NCBI GenBank assembly: GCA_041389025.1
Contig: JAWKSP010000001.1
Span: forward strand, 2-64,001
Direction of reading: 5' to 3'
DNA from: Minisyncoccota bacterium
GTDB lineage: Bacteria > Patescibacteriota > Minisyncoccia > Phycocordibacterales > UBA918
DNA: 64,000 nucleotides
Both the position numbers and the translations under genes were made by a program. Below, piece after piece: positions 30,954 to 41,145 of this stretch (position 1 is its first letter; every line of letters starts with the position of its first letter). Below the pieces are notes generated by a model, which was not told the origin of the DNA, did not search any database, and saw nothing but the letters and a program-made list of their open reading frames with translations.

Positions 30954-31802
30954 TCATATTCCAATTCCAACAAATTTACGCCACCAACCTCTAATCAATT
31001 TTGCGTAATACACCATCAGTAGAAAAGATCTCTTTTTAAATGACAAAACTCCATTTCCGGAAAGAAGTTTTAAATACTTCATATTTTCTTCTATTGCTTC
31101 TTTTTCTCTAGTTTTTAAAGCAATCAAATCATCTCTAGTTGAAAATCCCACCATATTATTCTGATGTTGACGATAAGTATTAGTTACTTTATCAATAAAA
31201 AATGGTTTAGCTGGATAGATTGCTAATTGGATCCACGAATCATGAGCTGGACAATAATCTGGTACTGGCATTACACTTTTAAGTAAATCTGTACGGTACG
31301 ATGTCTGAGCCGCTCCAATACAAGTACCCCAAGTATTTTCTAATACGGTTTTATGACGATAATAATCAGATAGAGTATCTTCAATGTAGCCAGTTTCATT
31401 TCCATCACTATCAGTCAACACACATCGATTGAAAGCCCACATTATCGAAGGATCCCTATACGCATCAACGTGACTCTGGATCTTATTTTCAAACCATATA
31501 TCATCCTGATCACAAAGAATAATAATTTCTCCTTTGCACAATAAAATTGCATTTTCAGTATTTTTTCTGAAACCTCGTTCAAGTGGACTTCGTGACCACC
31601 TAAAGCGTTTATCTTTTGCGCAATACTCATTCAAAATAGCCACTGTATCTGGCTCACTGCCGTCATCACTTATTACCACCTCATAATTCTGATAAGTTTG
31701 AACCAATATGGAGTCAAGCTGTTCTTTTAATAATTGACCACCATTAAAGGTAGTGAGAGCAATAGATACAAGTGGACTAAAATCTGTGAAACTAGAATTC
31801 AT
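30954..31802 (-). CDS. Family 2 glycosyltransferase
   Basis: VSIALTTFNGGQLLKEQLDSILVQTYQNYEVVISDDGSEPDT, CDQDDIW. Confidence 0.7.
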   Translation of the reverse strand: MNSSFTDFSPLVSIALTTFNGGQLLKEQLDSILVQTYQNYEVVISDDGSEPDTVAILNEYCAKDKRFRWSRSPLERGFRKNTENAILLCKGEIIILCDQDDIWFENKIQSHVDAYRDPSIMWAFNRCVLTDSDGNETGYIEDTLSDYYRHKTVLENTWGTCIGAAQTSYRTDLLKSVMPVPDYCPAHDSWIQLAIYPAKPFFIDKVTNTYRQHQNNMVGFSTRDDLIALKTREKEAIEENMKYLKLLSGNGVLSFKKRSFLLMVYYAKLIRGWWRKFVGIGI

Positions 31803-31889
31803 ATAAATGTAAATATTTAATTAAACTTTGTTTTATTATAAATATAATTTATATTTATAAGCGTTATCCAATATGTTATCATCACAATC

Positions 31890-32675
31890 ATGAAAAATAA
31901 AATACTAAAGATACTTAAATATCTACCCAATATTCCTAAAGTATTTTTGGAAATTAAAAATCCTGCAACTTTTTTTCTAGGATATTTTAAAACAACAGAT
32001 AATAACATTAATCTATTTGGTGATATTACTCTAAAAACAAAAAATCCAGACGACATTAGTTCTATAAGTGCCATAGTAGTTAAAAATGAATATGGTAAAG
32101 ATTTTAACAAAAATAATAATTGGACCATAATAGACATAGGAGCTAATAAGGGTTTTTTCTCACTGTATGCATCTAAAAACCCTTCAAATATAATATTTTC
32201 TTATGAACCAATAACAGAAACTTACAACGAGCTTCGTGACAATATTGATTTAAACAAAAAAAATAATGTTTATACTTTTAATCTTGGCGTGGCTGGAAAA
32301 GACGGTTATAGAGATTTTTCATATGAGGATGATAAAAGTATCCTATCTTCCATGATTTTTGATGTTGGTAGTGAGTCAAAAAGTGCAAAAGTGCAATGTA
32401 TTACACTTAAAAATTTATTCACCTCCAACAATCTAGAAAAAGTAGATCTATTGAAGATGGATTGTGAAGGGTCAGAGTTTGAAATACTATATGGTACAGA
32501 CAATAGTATCCTCAGTAGAATCAAACGTATCAGAATGGAGTACCACAATTCACCAAAAGAAGAGGCCTATAATATTGATAAGTTGTCTTTATATTTGAAT
32601 AAAAATGGATTTAGATTAACAAAGAAAATTCAATCGAATCAAACACTTGGCATTGCTTGGTTCGAATTAGTTTAA
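31890..32675 (+). CDS. FkbM-family methyltransferase (second copy)
   Basis: IIDIGANKGFFSLYASK...FSYEP. Confidence 0.7.
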   Translation: MKNKILKILKYLPNIPKVFLEIKNPATFFLGYFKTTDNNINLFGDITLKTKNPDDISSISAIVVKNEYGKDFNKNNNWTIIDIGANKGFFSLYASKNPSNIIFSYEPITETYNELRDNIDLNKKNNVYTFNLGVAGKDGYRDFSYEDDKSILSSMIFDVGSESKSAKVQCITLKNLFTSNNLEKVDLLKMDCEGSEFEILYGTDNSILSRIKRIRMEYHNSPKEEAYNIDKLSLYLNKNGFRLTKKIQSNQTLGIAWFELV

Positions 32676-33463
32676 AGTTTACCACCTTCTAGATCCAAAA
32701 TGCTAGACCCGAATTCTTGCTTTAGTTGTCTAACCGATTGCGGAGCATAACCACGAAACTTCAATCCTTTTAAAATCCTAGCTCTATTTGGCAAATGATC
32801 GGCTGTGTATATTATTGGCCTAGTCAATGAATACAATTTTTCTGCTCCTCCTAAACTAACCAAATATGCTCCGGCAAAATATACTGGTCTAAAAAATCTA
32901 ACTGGCCCTGGTGAAAGTTTTTTATATTTATTTCTCATTCCCTCAAATAAACTTAGCGGTATAATGTAAAAAGCCTTAAATATTGCATATAAAGAAAAAG
33001 CTATAGATTTAATCGGTTTATCCTGCCAGAGTTTTTTAACATTTTCAAAAACTCCCTTAACCCATTGTTTTATAAAAGGTATACCTACCACCACATAATC
33101 AAACAACAAATACTCCCAATCCTGATTTTTATTTTTTCCTATCTCTTTTTCTATAATAGTCTTAAAGTTAGACGGAAAGGCGATGTCGTCTTCCAAAACT
33201 AAAGCATAGGATATCCTTTCTTTTACTATGGTTTCAATCACCCGAGCATGTGATAAAGCACAACCTACTTCACCAGGTATTAATGCATGACCACCTTTTT
33301 TTATCGCTTGCTCTTCGTCATATTCATCTTTGGAAGGAGTATACTCTCTACCCGACACCCCTGCTTGTCTACGATAATCAATACTAAGTTTTGTAAGTTC
33401 ATGACGCATGTGATCCATTCGATCTTTGTCTTTATCAAGATTTATAACAAATGTAGTAAACAT
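32672..33463 (-). CDS. Family 25 glycosyltransferase (LPS/LOS-type)
   Basis: FVINLDKDKDRMDHMRHELTKLSIDYRRQAGVSG and GEVGCALSHARVIE are characteristic Glyco_transf_25 motifs. Confidence 0.7.
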   Translation of the reverse strand: MFTTFVINLDKDKDRMDHMRHELTKLSIDYRRQAGVSGREYTPSKDEYDEEQAIKKGGHALIPGEVGCALSHARVIETIVKERISYALVLEDDIAFPSNFKTIIEKEIGKNKNQDWEYLLFDYVVVGIPFIKQWVKGVFENVKKLWQDKPIKSIAFSLYAIFKAFYIIPLSLFEGMRNKYKKLSPGPVRFFRPVYFAGAYLVSLGGAEKLYSLTRPIIYTADHLPNRARILKGLKFRGYAPQSVRQLKQEFGSSILDLEGGKL

Positions 33464-33468
33464 AAAAA

Positions 33469-34167
33469 TTAATAACTATTTCCTTTAATTTTCTTTAAAA
33501 ATTTCATTAACCCTAACCGTCTCAATGCCTTCCTTACATAAGCCAATGGTACCCATGATTCAGCCCAGTGATTCCTAGCATAGGCTACCGCCAACTTTTC
33601 ATCAGTACAATTCTCACCGTCATTACAAGGATTGAAATAACGATAATCATAAACCTCAACCCCTTCATAATTTCCCTTACTCAAAACATCAGTCACCGTC
33701 CTTGGGGAAGTACGTTTCATAGAATATTCACGGTCATTGTCATACACTGCTAAAATAGCTCTTATCGCTGAATGGTATGGTATCGAACCTATAACACCAG
33801 CAGCTGTTACATCATCCTTAGTCTGGCCAAAAAATGCCTCGTGTTTAAGCAACGGGTCAAACGATTGTAAAACCTCCGTATCGGTATCTAAATAAATACC
33901 TCCCTCCTTTTCCAACACCCAAAATCTTATATAGTCTGCCACAAATGCCCATTTCTTTCTCTCATACATCACCTTTACATAATGATGACTCATAGGACTA
34001 TTACTCTCATTCCAAAGCTTTATCTCATAATCAGGTAAGTATCTTTTCCAGCTCTCAATACAACGCTCAGCTAGCGGAGTTAGTGGCTGTTTACCAACCC
34101 AAATGTAATGAATCGTTTTAGGAATTTTATTTTCTTTATCTAACATAAATAACCCATACCCTGTCAC
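33469..34167 (-). CDS. GT32-like glycosyltransferase (Gly_transf_sug, DxD-containing)
   Basis: IPKTIHYIWVGKQPLTPLAERCIESWKRYLPDYEIKLWNE and YLDTDTEVL. Confidence 0.6.
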   Translation of the reverse strand: MTGYGLFMLDKENKIPKTIHYIWVGKQPLTPLAERCIESWKRYLPDYEIKLWNESNSPMSHHYVKVMYERKKWAFVADYIRFWVLEKEGGIYLDTDTEVLQSFDPLLKHEAFFGQTKDDVTAAGVIGSIPYHSAIRAILAVYDNDREYSMKRTSPRTVTDVLSKGNYEGVEVYDYRYFNPCNDGENCTDEKLAVAYARNHWAESWVPLAYVRKALRRLGLMKFLKKIKGNSY

Positions 34168-34220
34168 CCAATCACTTTATCAAAAGCAAGCTATATAATA
34201 AAGTAGTATGCCAATAGATG

Positions 34221-35060
34221 CTAACCCCACTCCTCCGCAAAATCCCTATGTAAAAGATTTGATATGACTTTGATATCTTGTTTATAATATTCTTTTAACT
34301 CCACTTCCAGTTCTTTTGAAATTATTAAACGATTGGCTTTATCTATATCTGAAAGTGTAATTTTCTTAGGTTTTAATTTATCGTTTAAAAAATTTAATAG
34401 AGTCTTGATTTTTTCTTTTATGTAAGAAGTCATTCTTTTAATTAATCCTTTATGGCCTGAATCAGCCTCATCATCAATCATTAAATGTTTCAAGTCGGCT
34501 GGGACAAAACCCGAATCAACTCCTATATGCTCATAAACAGATTTTAATTCTTCTAAGGGTCTATCATTTAAGTCAGAAAGTATAATTACTTTTAAGTTTA
34601 TACTTGAATAAAAACTAAAAAAACTCACCAATTGTTGTCCATACAAAAAATTTTTAAGTAAATTTTTATTAACTGAAATAAACTGCTCAAAGGTATAATT
34701 ATCTCTTTTTTTCCTATCTTTACTTCTTATATATTCCAATTTTAAAGCCAAAATAGGGTTATCAATCACAGCGATCAGATTGGCATCGGGATAAGTTTTA
34801 GCAATCAATTCAGCCGAATCATAATTTTGTAAATAATGGTTAGATAGTTCTCCTTGTTTTTTATCTTCATCTTTTTGAAAAAAACCTTCATACCAATCGA
34901 CTCCTTTTGTATACTTTTCATGGTTACAGAAAAAATCAATAGCTTCTTCCGGTACAGATACTTCTGGATGAACCCTAATATAATTATAAATTTTTTCGGA
35001 AAAACTACCAGTCCCGATACCAATAAACGAAAGTAATTCTCTTTTCTTAATCATAAACAA
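34221..35060 (-). CDS. Hypothetical protein, possibly sulfotransferase-family-like
   Basis: N-terminus FIGIGTGSFSEKIYNYIRVHPEV loosely resembles the 5'-PSB region of Sulfotransfer_3 proteins. Weak. Confidence 0.3.
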   Translation of the reverse strand: MFMIKKRELLSFIGIGTGSFSEKIYNYIRVHPEVSVPEEAIDFFCNHEKYTKGVDWYEGFFQKDEDKKQGELSNHYLQNYDSAELIAKTYPDANLIAVIDNPILALKLEYIRSKDRKKRDNYTFEQFISVNKNLLKNFLYGQQLVSFFSFYSSINLKVIILSDLNDRPLEELKSVYEHIGVDSGFVPADLKHLMIDDEADSGHKGLIKRMTSYIKEKIKTLLNFLNDKLKPKKITLSDIDKANRLIISKELEVELKEYYKQDIKVISNLLHRDFAEEWG

Positions 35061-35092
35061 ATTATTTCTATACTGTATACATTAGTTGAAAA

Positions 35093-36406
35093 TTAATTAT
35101 CTATAATCAAGGCTTTCTCAACTGAATTACGGTAGGCAGTTTTATACTTTTCCGGATCATCATGAAAATGTTTGCGAATCATATTTTGGGCTGACTCTAC
35201 CAAACGACGTCGTAAAGATACGTCATTCATAATCATATTTAACTTAAGACTAAATTCATCTGTATTATCCGGCTCACACAGTAAAGCTGATTCACCATCA
35301 ACAAAAATATCTTCTCTAGCTGGTGTTCTTGATATTACCATTGGTATACCGGCCGCTGCCCCTTTAAGTGCCAACTCATCACCGACAGCGTTAGTATCAG
35401 TAATCACAAGTACACTAGCTGACTTAAGATAAGGTATTGTGTCTTTTACTTTAGGTTCAAAAACTACTTGTTTTTTAATCTCCAAAATTTCTGCCCTCTT
35501 CTCAAACTCTCTTCTGGCCGGACCATCACCCAAAACGACGAGACCAATATGTGGATTTCTGAGCCCAAACCGTCCAGCGTCAATCGCTCTAAAGAGAGTA
35601 CTATCATGACCTAGTCGTCCGATATATAACATAATAAAAACAAAAGGTCGATACTTATCCTTTAAATCGATAGTTGGTTTTACTGATATCAGAGGTTCAT
35701 AGTTGTTAAATTTAGGTAAAATAGCCAAATCTTTTATTTTAAAATTTTTGTTAACACAATCATAAATACCATCGGTTATTACTCTAACACTATCTACTCT
35801 AGATAAAGTATATTTAGCTAAAAGCCGACGCCAACGATTATGTTTTTCTTTTTTTAAAAAAACTGGTTTGGTATAGTCTTCAAGTACATGTACTTGAACT
35901 GAACATTTGAATTTTTTACCAATACGAATAGCTAAAAAAGCGCTTTCAAACGGATCGCGTGCTACCACTAAATCCGGCCTGAAACCTTCGGCAAAAATTA
36001 GTTGTTCCTTTACTAATTTCATCCCAGCGTTTGGTGTAGACCACCAGTCGTCGCTACTAGCTGTATACAACCACACATTATCAGCCACCCGCAAAACTGG
36101 TGTCTTTGACTTAATTCCTTCTCTTAGAATCAAGATATGCACCTCATCAAATAAATCAGATAAATTAGTATAACCATCAAGCGATTGTTTTGAGGGATTA
36201 AGTAATGATTCGTCTCTAGAAATAAATAAAACTCTTGTTTCCTCTCGGTCAGATTTAGCTTGAAATAAAGCCTCTTCATTTACCGCTTCTTCAACCGAAA
36301 CGTACTTAGTATCATCTTTATTCTTCTCTTCTTTCTTTAAAATATAATCAAGATTATATCGCTCAGATTCAGAAGCATCTATTTGTGACAGATCTTTTCT
36401 TGCCAT
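35093..36406 (-). CDS. Family 4 (GT-B) glycosyltransferase
   Basis: C-terminal EDIFVDGESALLCEPDNTDEFSLKL (GT4 EX7E-like region). 437 aa. Confidence 0.6.
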   Translation of the reverse strand: MARKDLSQIDASESERYNLDYILKKEEKNKDDTKYVSVEEAVNEEALFQAKSDREETRVLFISRDESLLNPSKQSLDGYTNLSDLFDEVHILILREGIKSKTPVLRVADNVWLYTASSDDWWSTPNAGMKLVKEQLIFAEGFRPDLVVARDPFESAFLAIRIGKKFKCSVQVHVLEDYTKPVFLKKEKHNRWRRLLAKYTLSRVDSVRVITDGIYDCVNKNFKIKDLAILPKFNNYEPLISVKPTIDLKDKYRPFVFIMLYIGRLGHDSTLFRAIDAGRFGLRNPHIGLVVLGDGPARREFEKRAEILEIKKQVVFEPKVKDTIPYLKSASVLVITDTNAVGDELALKGAAAGIPMVISRTPAREDIFVDGESALLCEPDNTDEFSLKLNMIMNDVSLRRRLVESAQNMIRKHFHDDPEKYKTAYRNSVEKALIIDN

Positions 36407-36476
36407 GACAGATATAAGTATACTAGTTTAAAAAGAAGAATAAACGGTTTTTATCAAGAGTTTTACTGGATAATAT

Positions 36477-37490
36477 TTAGATTTGTTCCAGTATAACATT
36501 AGCTAATTTAGCTGGATCATGTCGCACCAAGCTTCGTTTCAGCATATCACCTTCAGATTTTTTAATTGTAGCTCTTGAAACTAGAGGTTGAGCACTGATT
36601 TCGTATAATTCATTTTTAGTACAATTATTTAATACCGGAAAATTACCTTCCTTCTTATATTCTAAAACTTCTTCTTCACTGAAATTTGTAGAATTTACTA
36701 TTACTATATCTGGAGTATGTTTTGCATACTTAATTATTTCCTCTACATGTTCTTTAGCGTTTAAACCTACTGTCTGTCCTTTCTTAGACATCAGATTACA
36801 CACATAAATTAGTTTGGCTTGACTTTTGTCTAGAGCTTCACAAAAACCATCCACTATAAAATTAGCGATTACACTGGTATACAAATCTCCTGGACCAAGC
36901 ACTATCAAATCAGCTTCACATAAGGCCTCTCTGGCACCTTCATATAATTTAGCTTTTGGTTTTAAAATCAGGTCAATGATGCGTAAGTTATTATATTTTT
37001 CAATTACTTCATCTATTTCATGTTCTCCCACCAATATTTCACCATTCTCATATCTTGCTTCTAAATGTGTTTGATCAGTAGTAACCGGCACAACCTTACC
37101 AGCCACCCTAAGTAAATTAGAGGTAGCCTCAATCGCCAAAACCTCACTACCTAAAATATCAGTAAGAGCCGTCATTAATAAATTTCCAAAATTATGCCCA
37201 CTAAGTCCTTCGCCTTTATTGAATCGATAAGAAAATAATTCTCTTAACAACTTATCATACTCATCACCCTCAGCTGCTAAAGCAGTAAGGGCATTACGAA
37301 CATCACCAATCGGTAAAAAACCAAATTCATCTCTAAGCCTACCAGTCGATCCACCAGAGTCGGCCATACTAACAATTGCGGTTATATCTAAAATATCCGC
37401 ATACGGCCTCAAACCTCGTAAAACTGTGTGAGTACCGGTCCCACCCCCAACCACAACCACCTTTTTCTTTACAGTCACTATTTTTTTCAT
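36477..37490 (-). CDS. yvcK: YvcK/gluconeogenesis-factor family protein (UPF0052, CofD-like)
   Basis: VVVGGGTGTHTVLRGLRP...IVSMADSGGSTGRLRDEFGFLPIGDVRNAL. Confidence 0.8.
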   Translation of the reverse strand: MKKIVTVKKKVVVVGGGTGTHTVLRGLRPYADILDITAIVSMADSGGSTGRLRDEFGFLPIGDVRNALTALAAEGDEYDKLLRELFSYRFNKGEGLSGHNFGNLLMTALTDILGSEVLAIEATSNLLRVAGKVVPVTTDQTHLEARYENGEILVGEHEIDEVIEKYNNLRIIDLILKPKAKLYEGAREALCEADLIVLGPGDLYTSVIANFIVDGFCEALDKSQAKLIYVCNLMSKKGQTVGLNAKEHVEEIIKYAKHTPDIVIVNSTNFSEEEVLEYKKEGNFPVLNNCTKNELYEISAQPLVSRATIKKSEGDMLKRSLVRHDPAKLANVILEQI

Positions 37491-37511
37491 ACCTTTAACC
37501 CATTTAAAAAA

Positions 37512-38963
37512 TCACTTCGGTTTTTTCCCTATAATTAAAATTAAAACTAAAAACAACATTGCAAAAAATACCCAATAAGTCCAATCGTTGGTATTGGTAT
37601 TATTTTCCTCTTTTTCATTATTGTTTAACTTCTCTTTTGAATCAAAAGTAACGTACTCTTGTGCCGTACCGGTAACGTTGTTTATTTTTGTATCATTACT
37701 CTCATTAAAATTTGTGTTAACAAAACCAAAACCATCATTAGCCACAACCGAAACTGACGATGATCTTACTGAATCTTCATAATTTGTTGTCGGTAATATG
37801 TTAGTTTCATTTTTTCTGTCAGCAGAAGAAAAATAAACTTCTGAATCAGATTCAGGTAAATCATAAAAGGTCGAAGTTAGAAGATTATTTTTTCCATCAA
37901 AAAGCGCTACCAGATTGTCTGAACCACCTAATCGTTCTTTAGCAACAGTTATAGTTCCTCTATTTAAAATAAAAGTTTCAGCTGGAAAAACTATCTCCTT
38001 CACTCCTTTAATACTATATCCAGAAATATCAATCTCATAAGGTGAGTTATTATTTATTTGAATATCACCCTCAATGTTTTTGCTTAAAGAAAATTGTACC
38101 GGAAGAACCGTCACTTCTTTTCTAAAAGAAACATTACGGTCGGCATAAGAAGCGTTGACTGACACTACATAATTACCTGGATAATTATAAGTATGACTCA
38201 CCTCTTTACCTTTTGCCGTGTAAGTATCACCAAAATTCCAAGTGAATACCAAAGAATTAGCTACGGTCTTCCCTACTCCTTTAGTAGTTACTAAAAAAGA
38301 TGTGGTTTTATTTACATATAACTGATCAGGAATATCAATCAGTAACTCTAACGGTGTATCTGAAGTCATCAAGCTAACTGACTTCGTATTAGATCTATTT
38401 TTACTAGCCTTACTTGACTGATTCTTAATTTCTTCTTTTTCTTTTGACTCAAAAACTTCTTCCTCTTTTATTTTCACTCGCCCTACACCGTTAACTCTCC
38501 CTGGAGTAGCTGTGTCTGTTACCCAACCAGAGGAAGTGTATTGAGCTGTTTCTTTAGTATCATTATCGCCTCCAATATTCTCCCAATTTTCACCACCTAC
38601 CACCTGATCAATGATTTGCCCATTATTATCTTTCAAAGTCAAAGTGGTTCCGGTATTTACCAAAGCTCCGGTGTAAATCAAAAAAGCTGCTCCGGACACT
38701 GTCTCATCGCTAGTTCTTTCTAAGACCGCGTAAGTTCCGGCTTTTAGTGTACCTGATAAATTGATATTTAAGTTATTATTGTCGGTCAGTACCCAACCAC
38801 TTAAATCAATTGAACCATCAGCTGAATTGTATAACTCCACCCATTCATGGTTTGGAGAAAGTTCGTTCCCCATCCAAGCAACTTCATTTATTATGACAGA
38901 AGCCATAACCGGCATCGGCAAACCAAAGATTAATATCACTAAAAGTATACATCGGTATAACAT
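37512..38963 (-). CDS. Lamin-tail-domain (LTD) plus PKD-domain surface protein with C-terminal TM anchor
   Basis: N-terminal signal sequence followed by INEVAWMGNELSPNHEWVELYN (LTD signature). PKD-like TWNFGDTYTAKGKEVSHTYNYPGNYVVSV. C-terminal TM WTYWVFFAMLFLVLILIIG. Confidence 0.6.
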   Translation of the reverse strand: MLYRCILLVILIFGLPMPVMASVIINEVAWMGNELSPNHEWVELYNSADGSIDLSGWVLTDNNNLNINLSGTLKAGTYAVLERTSDETVSGAAFLIYTGALVNTGTTLTLKDNNGQIIDQVVGGENWENIGGDNDTKETAQYTSSGWVTDTATPGRVNGVGRVKIKEEEVFESKEKEEIKNQSSKASKNRSNTKSVSLMTSDTPLELLIDIPDQLYVNKTTSFLVTTKGVGKTVANSLVFTWNFGDTYTAKGKEVSHTYNYPGNYVVSVNASYADRNVSFRKEVTVLPVQFSLSKNIEGDIQINNNSPYEIDISGYSIKGVKEIVFPAETFILNRGTITVAKERLGGSDNLVALFDGKNNLLTSTFYDLPESDSEVYFSSADRKNETNILPTTNYEDSVRSSSVSVVANDGFGFVNTNFNESNDTKINNVTGTAQEYVTFDSKEKLNNNEKEENNTNTNDWTYWVFFAMLFLVLILIIGKKPK

Positions 38964-38966
38964 AAA

Positions 38967-41126
38967 TCAAGCAGCAAACGGCGATCGCTCATTCCCCCGT
39001 GATTGACGCAACTTTTTTTTAATTTTATCAGCTGATAAAGGATCATCATATTCCCAATCATTACGATTAGCGACTGATCTTGGAATAAATTGATTTACCC
39101 TTTTGTGACTTATATTTGTGTCATAAGTTTGTACTAGGTTTTCTTTACTGTCTGTCATTGAGGTAGTTACAGGATTTTTTGTATCAATACCACTAAAAGC
39201 AGTTTCTACTTCTGCTGATAATTTTTCCAGTTCTAATTTTTCTTGATTTTTTTTGTGAGTATTGAAAGAAAGATTTCTTTTCTCTTTAATTTCCGAATGA
39301 ACATCTATATTTTTAACATCCTTATTATTTACCAATAAAGAAGACAGGGCTCTTTTTAAGTCATCTGATTTTTTCTCTCTGTCATTATTTTGACTTGGTT
39401 CATTTTTTTCTTTTTCCCTAGGTTTTGGTTTGTCATCTCCCCTTTCACTTTTACCCTTATCATTTCCTCCACTTATACCTTTAAGCACCTCACGTAAATC
39501 AGCTACTGACTTTTTTGGATAAATATTCTCATTTCTATTTTGTTTATCATTAAACTTTTGTTTTTGTTCACCTTGATACTTATCTCTATTTATAAACACC
39601 TCATCCATCGCATTTGTCTTTTCATTTTTTAAAGAAAAGTTATTACCTCCATTACGTTTTAATGCACTCTCATTGAAATTTCCTTCTTTATTTTTCTCTA
39701 CCAACCTTTTTCCTTGATCGTAAAAGTTATTTTGCTCTGTTTCGGGTCTAGATTTTCTTTTAAAGTCAGGATTTTTATTAATATTGTTACCATGATTATT
39801 ATTCAAGGCTTTCTTTTTTGATGCCTCAACTTTTACCGGAGTATGAAGATCAGCCACTATCTTCTCCACCTCATCTCGATTTTTTGTATAATTTTTCCGA
39901 CTAGCAGTAACAGCTATCTCTTTATAAGAAATTTGTGGACGTTGAATTGGCGGTAAGGTTATTGCCGAAAAAGGCTGAGAGCCAATCCCGTCAATCATCA
40001 AAGTTAAATAAATCTGAGCAAAACCAAGATTGACCAAATCAGTAGCAGTAAAACGTGGAGCAAACACTGTCTCTAAGACCTCAGCATCAAAAGGCCCGAC
40101 CCGAAAAGCAATGGTGGTACCGACGTTTCCAAATACCGCATTGCGAACATCTTCTTCCATTTGTTCGATATACTGATGAGCGATAATTAAATTTAAGTGG
40201 TACTTACGAGCTTCTGACAAAATATTAGCAAAAGTAGCGTTAGCGAATGACTGAAATTCATCAACATAAAAATAGAAATTTGGCATAGTTCGCATTTTTT
40301 CTACCGGTAAATCAGCCCGACTCATTGCTCCTAAATAAATACGGGTAGTAAGCATCGACCCGAGCAAATTGGCATTAGTCTCACCAACTAGACCTTTAGA
40401 CAGATTCATAATCAAAATCTTTTTCTCATCCATTATTTGTCTAATGTCAAAACTAGAATGGGGTTGACCGATAATATTTCTAATCAAAGGATTACCGGTA
40501 AACTGTCCAATCTTATTTTGAATAGCCGGTAATGCTTCAGCCATAAAACGGTCTGTATAACCTGCAAACTCTTCGGTCCAGAAAGCTTTCACTGCCGGAT
40601 CTTTGATATAGTCAACTACTTTTGCTCGATAAGCCTTATCAGAAAAAAGCCTATTTACTGAAAGTAAAGTTGTATCCGGATATTCAATCAAAGCCAACAA
40701 AGCATTGGTCAAAATATATTCCATTCTGGCACTCCAAGCATCTACCCAAATCTTTTTAAAAGTAGACATCAAACCAGACACTACTAAATGCCTCTTATCT
40801 GGACCAACATCTTCCATTACATTAAAAGAAATTGGATTATTTAAATCAAAAGGAGCAAAATAAATAACATCATTTATCCTATGCTCAGGTACATATTCAA
40901 GCAAAGTTTCAGCGGCTGATCCGTGTGGATCAATAAAAGCCATTCCTTCACCATTTTGAATATCCTGAGCCGCCATATTCTCAAGTAAAGTGGACTTACC
41001 CATACCAGTTTTACCAACCACATACATATGTCGTTGCCTATCTTTAGCTTTAATACCAAAAGGTACCTGTTGCCCACGAGCATCAGTTTTGGCGAAAAAA
41101 GTAATTTTTTCCGGATCAAAGCTCAT
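38967..41126 (-). CDS. VirD4/TraD/TraG-like type IV secretion coupling-protein ATPase (FtsK/HerA superfamily) with basic low-complexity C-terminal tail
   Basis: Walker A VVGKTGMGKST, Walker B-like LIIAHQYIEQM. The C-terminal ~280 aa are K/R/N-rich. Confidence 0.55.
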   Translation of the reverse strand: MSFDPEKITFFAKTDARGQQVPFGIKAKDRQRHMYVVGKTGMGKSTLLENMAAQDIQNGEGMAFIDPHGSAAETLLEYVPEHRINDVIYFAPFDLNNPISFNVMEDVGPDKRHLVVSGLMSTFKKIWVDAWSARMEYILTNALLALIEYPDTTLLSVNRLFSDKAYRAKVVDYIKDPAVKAFWTEEFAGYTDRFMAEALPAIQNKIGQFTGNPLIRNIIGQPHSSFDIRQIMDEKKILIMNLSKGLVGETNANLLGSMLTTRIYLGAMSRADLPVEKMRTMPNFYFYVDEFQSFANATFANILSEARKYHLNLIIAHQYIEQMEEDVRNAVFGNVGTTIAFRVGPFDAEVLETVFAPRFTATDLVNLGFAQIYLTLMIDGIGSQPFSAITLPPIQRPQISYKEIAVTASRKNYTKNRDEVEKIVADLHTPVKVEASKKKALNNNHGNNINKNPDFKRKSRPETEQNNFYDQGKRLVEKNKEGNFNESALKRNGGNNFSLKNEKTNAMDEVFINRDKYQGEQKQKFNDKQNRNENIYPKKSVADLREVLKGISGGNDKGKSERGDDKPKPREKEKNEPSQNNDREKKSDDLKRALSSLLVNNKDVKNIDVHSEIKEKRNLSFNTHKKNQEKLELEKLSAEVETAFSGIDTKNPVTTSMTDSKENLVQTYDTNISHKRVNQFIPRSVANRNDWEYDDPLSADKIKKKLRQSRGNERSPFAA

Positions 41127-41145
41127 ACTAAAACAGTATAACAGA

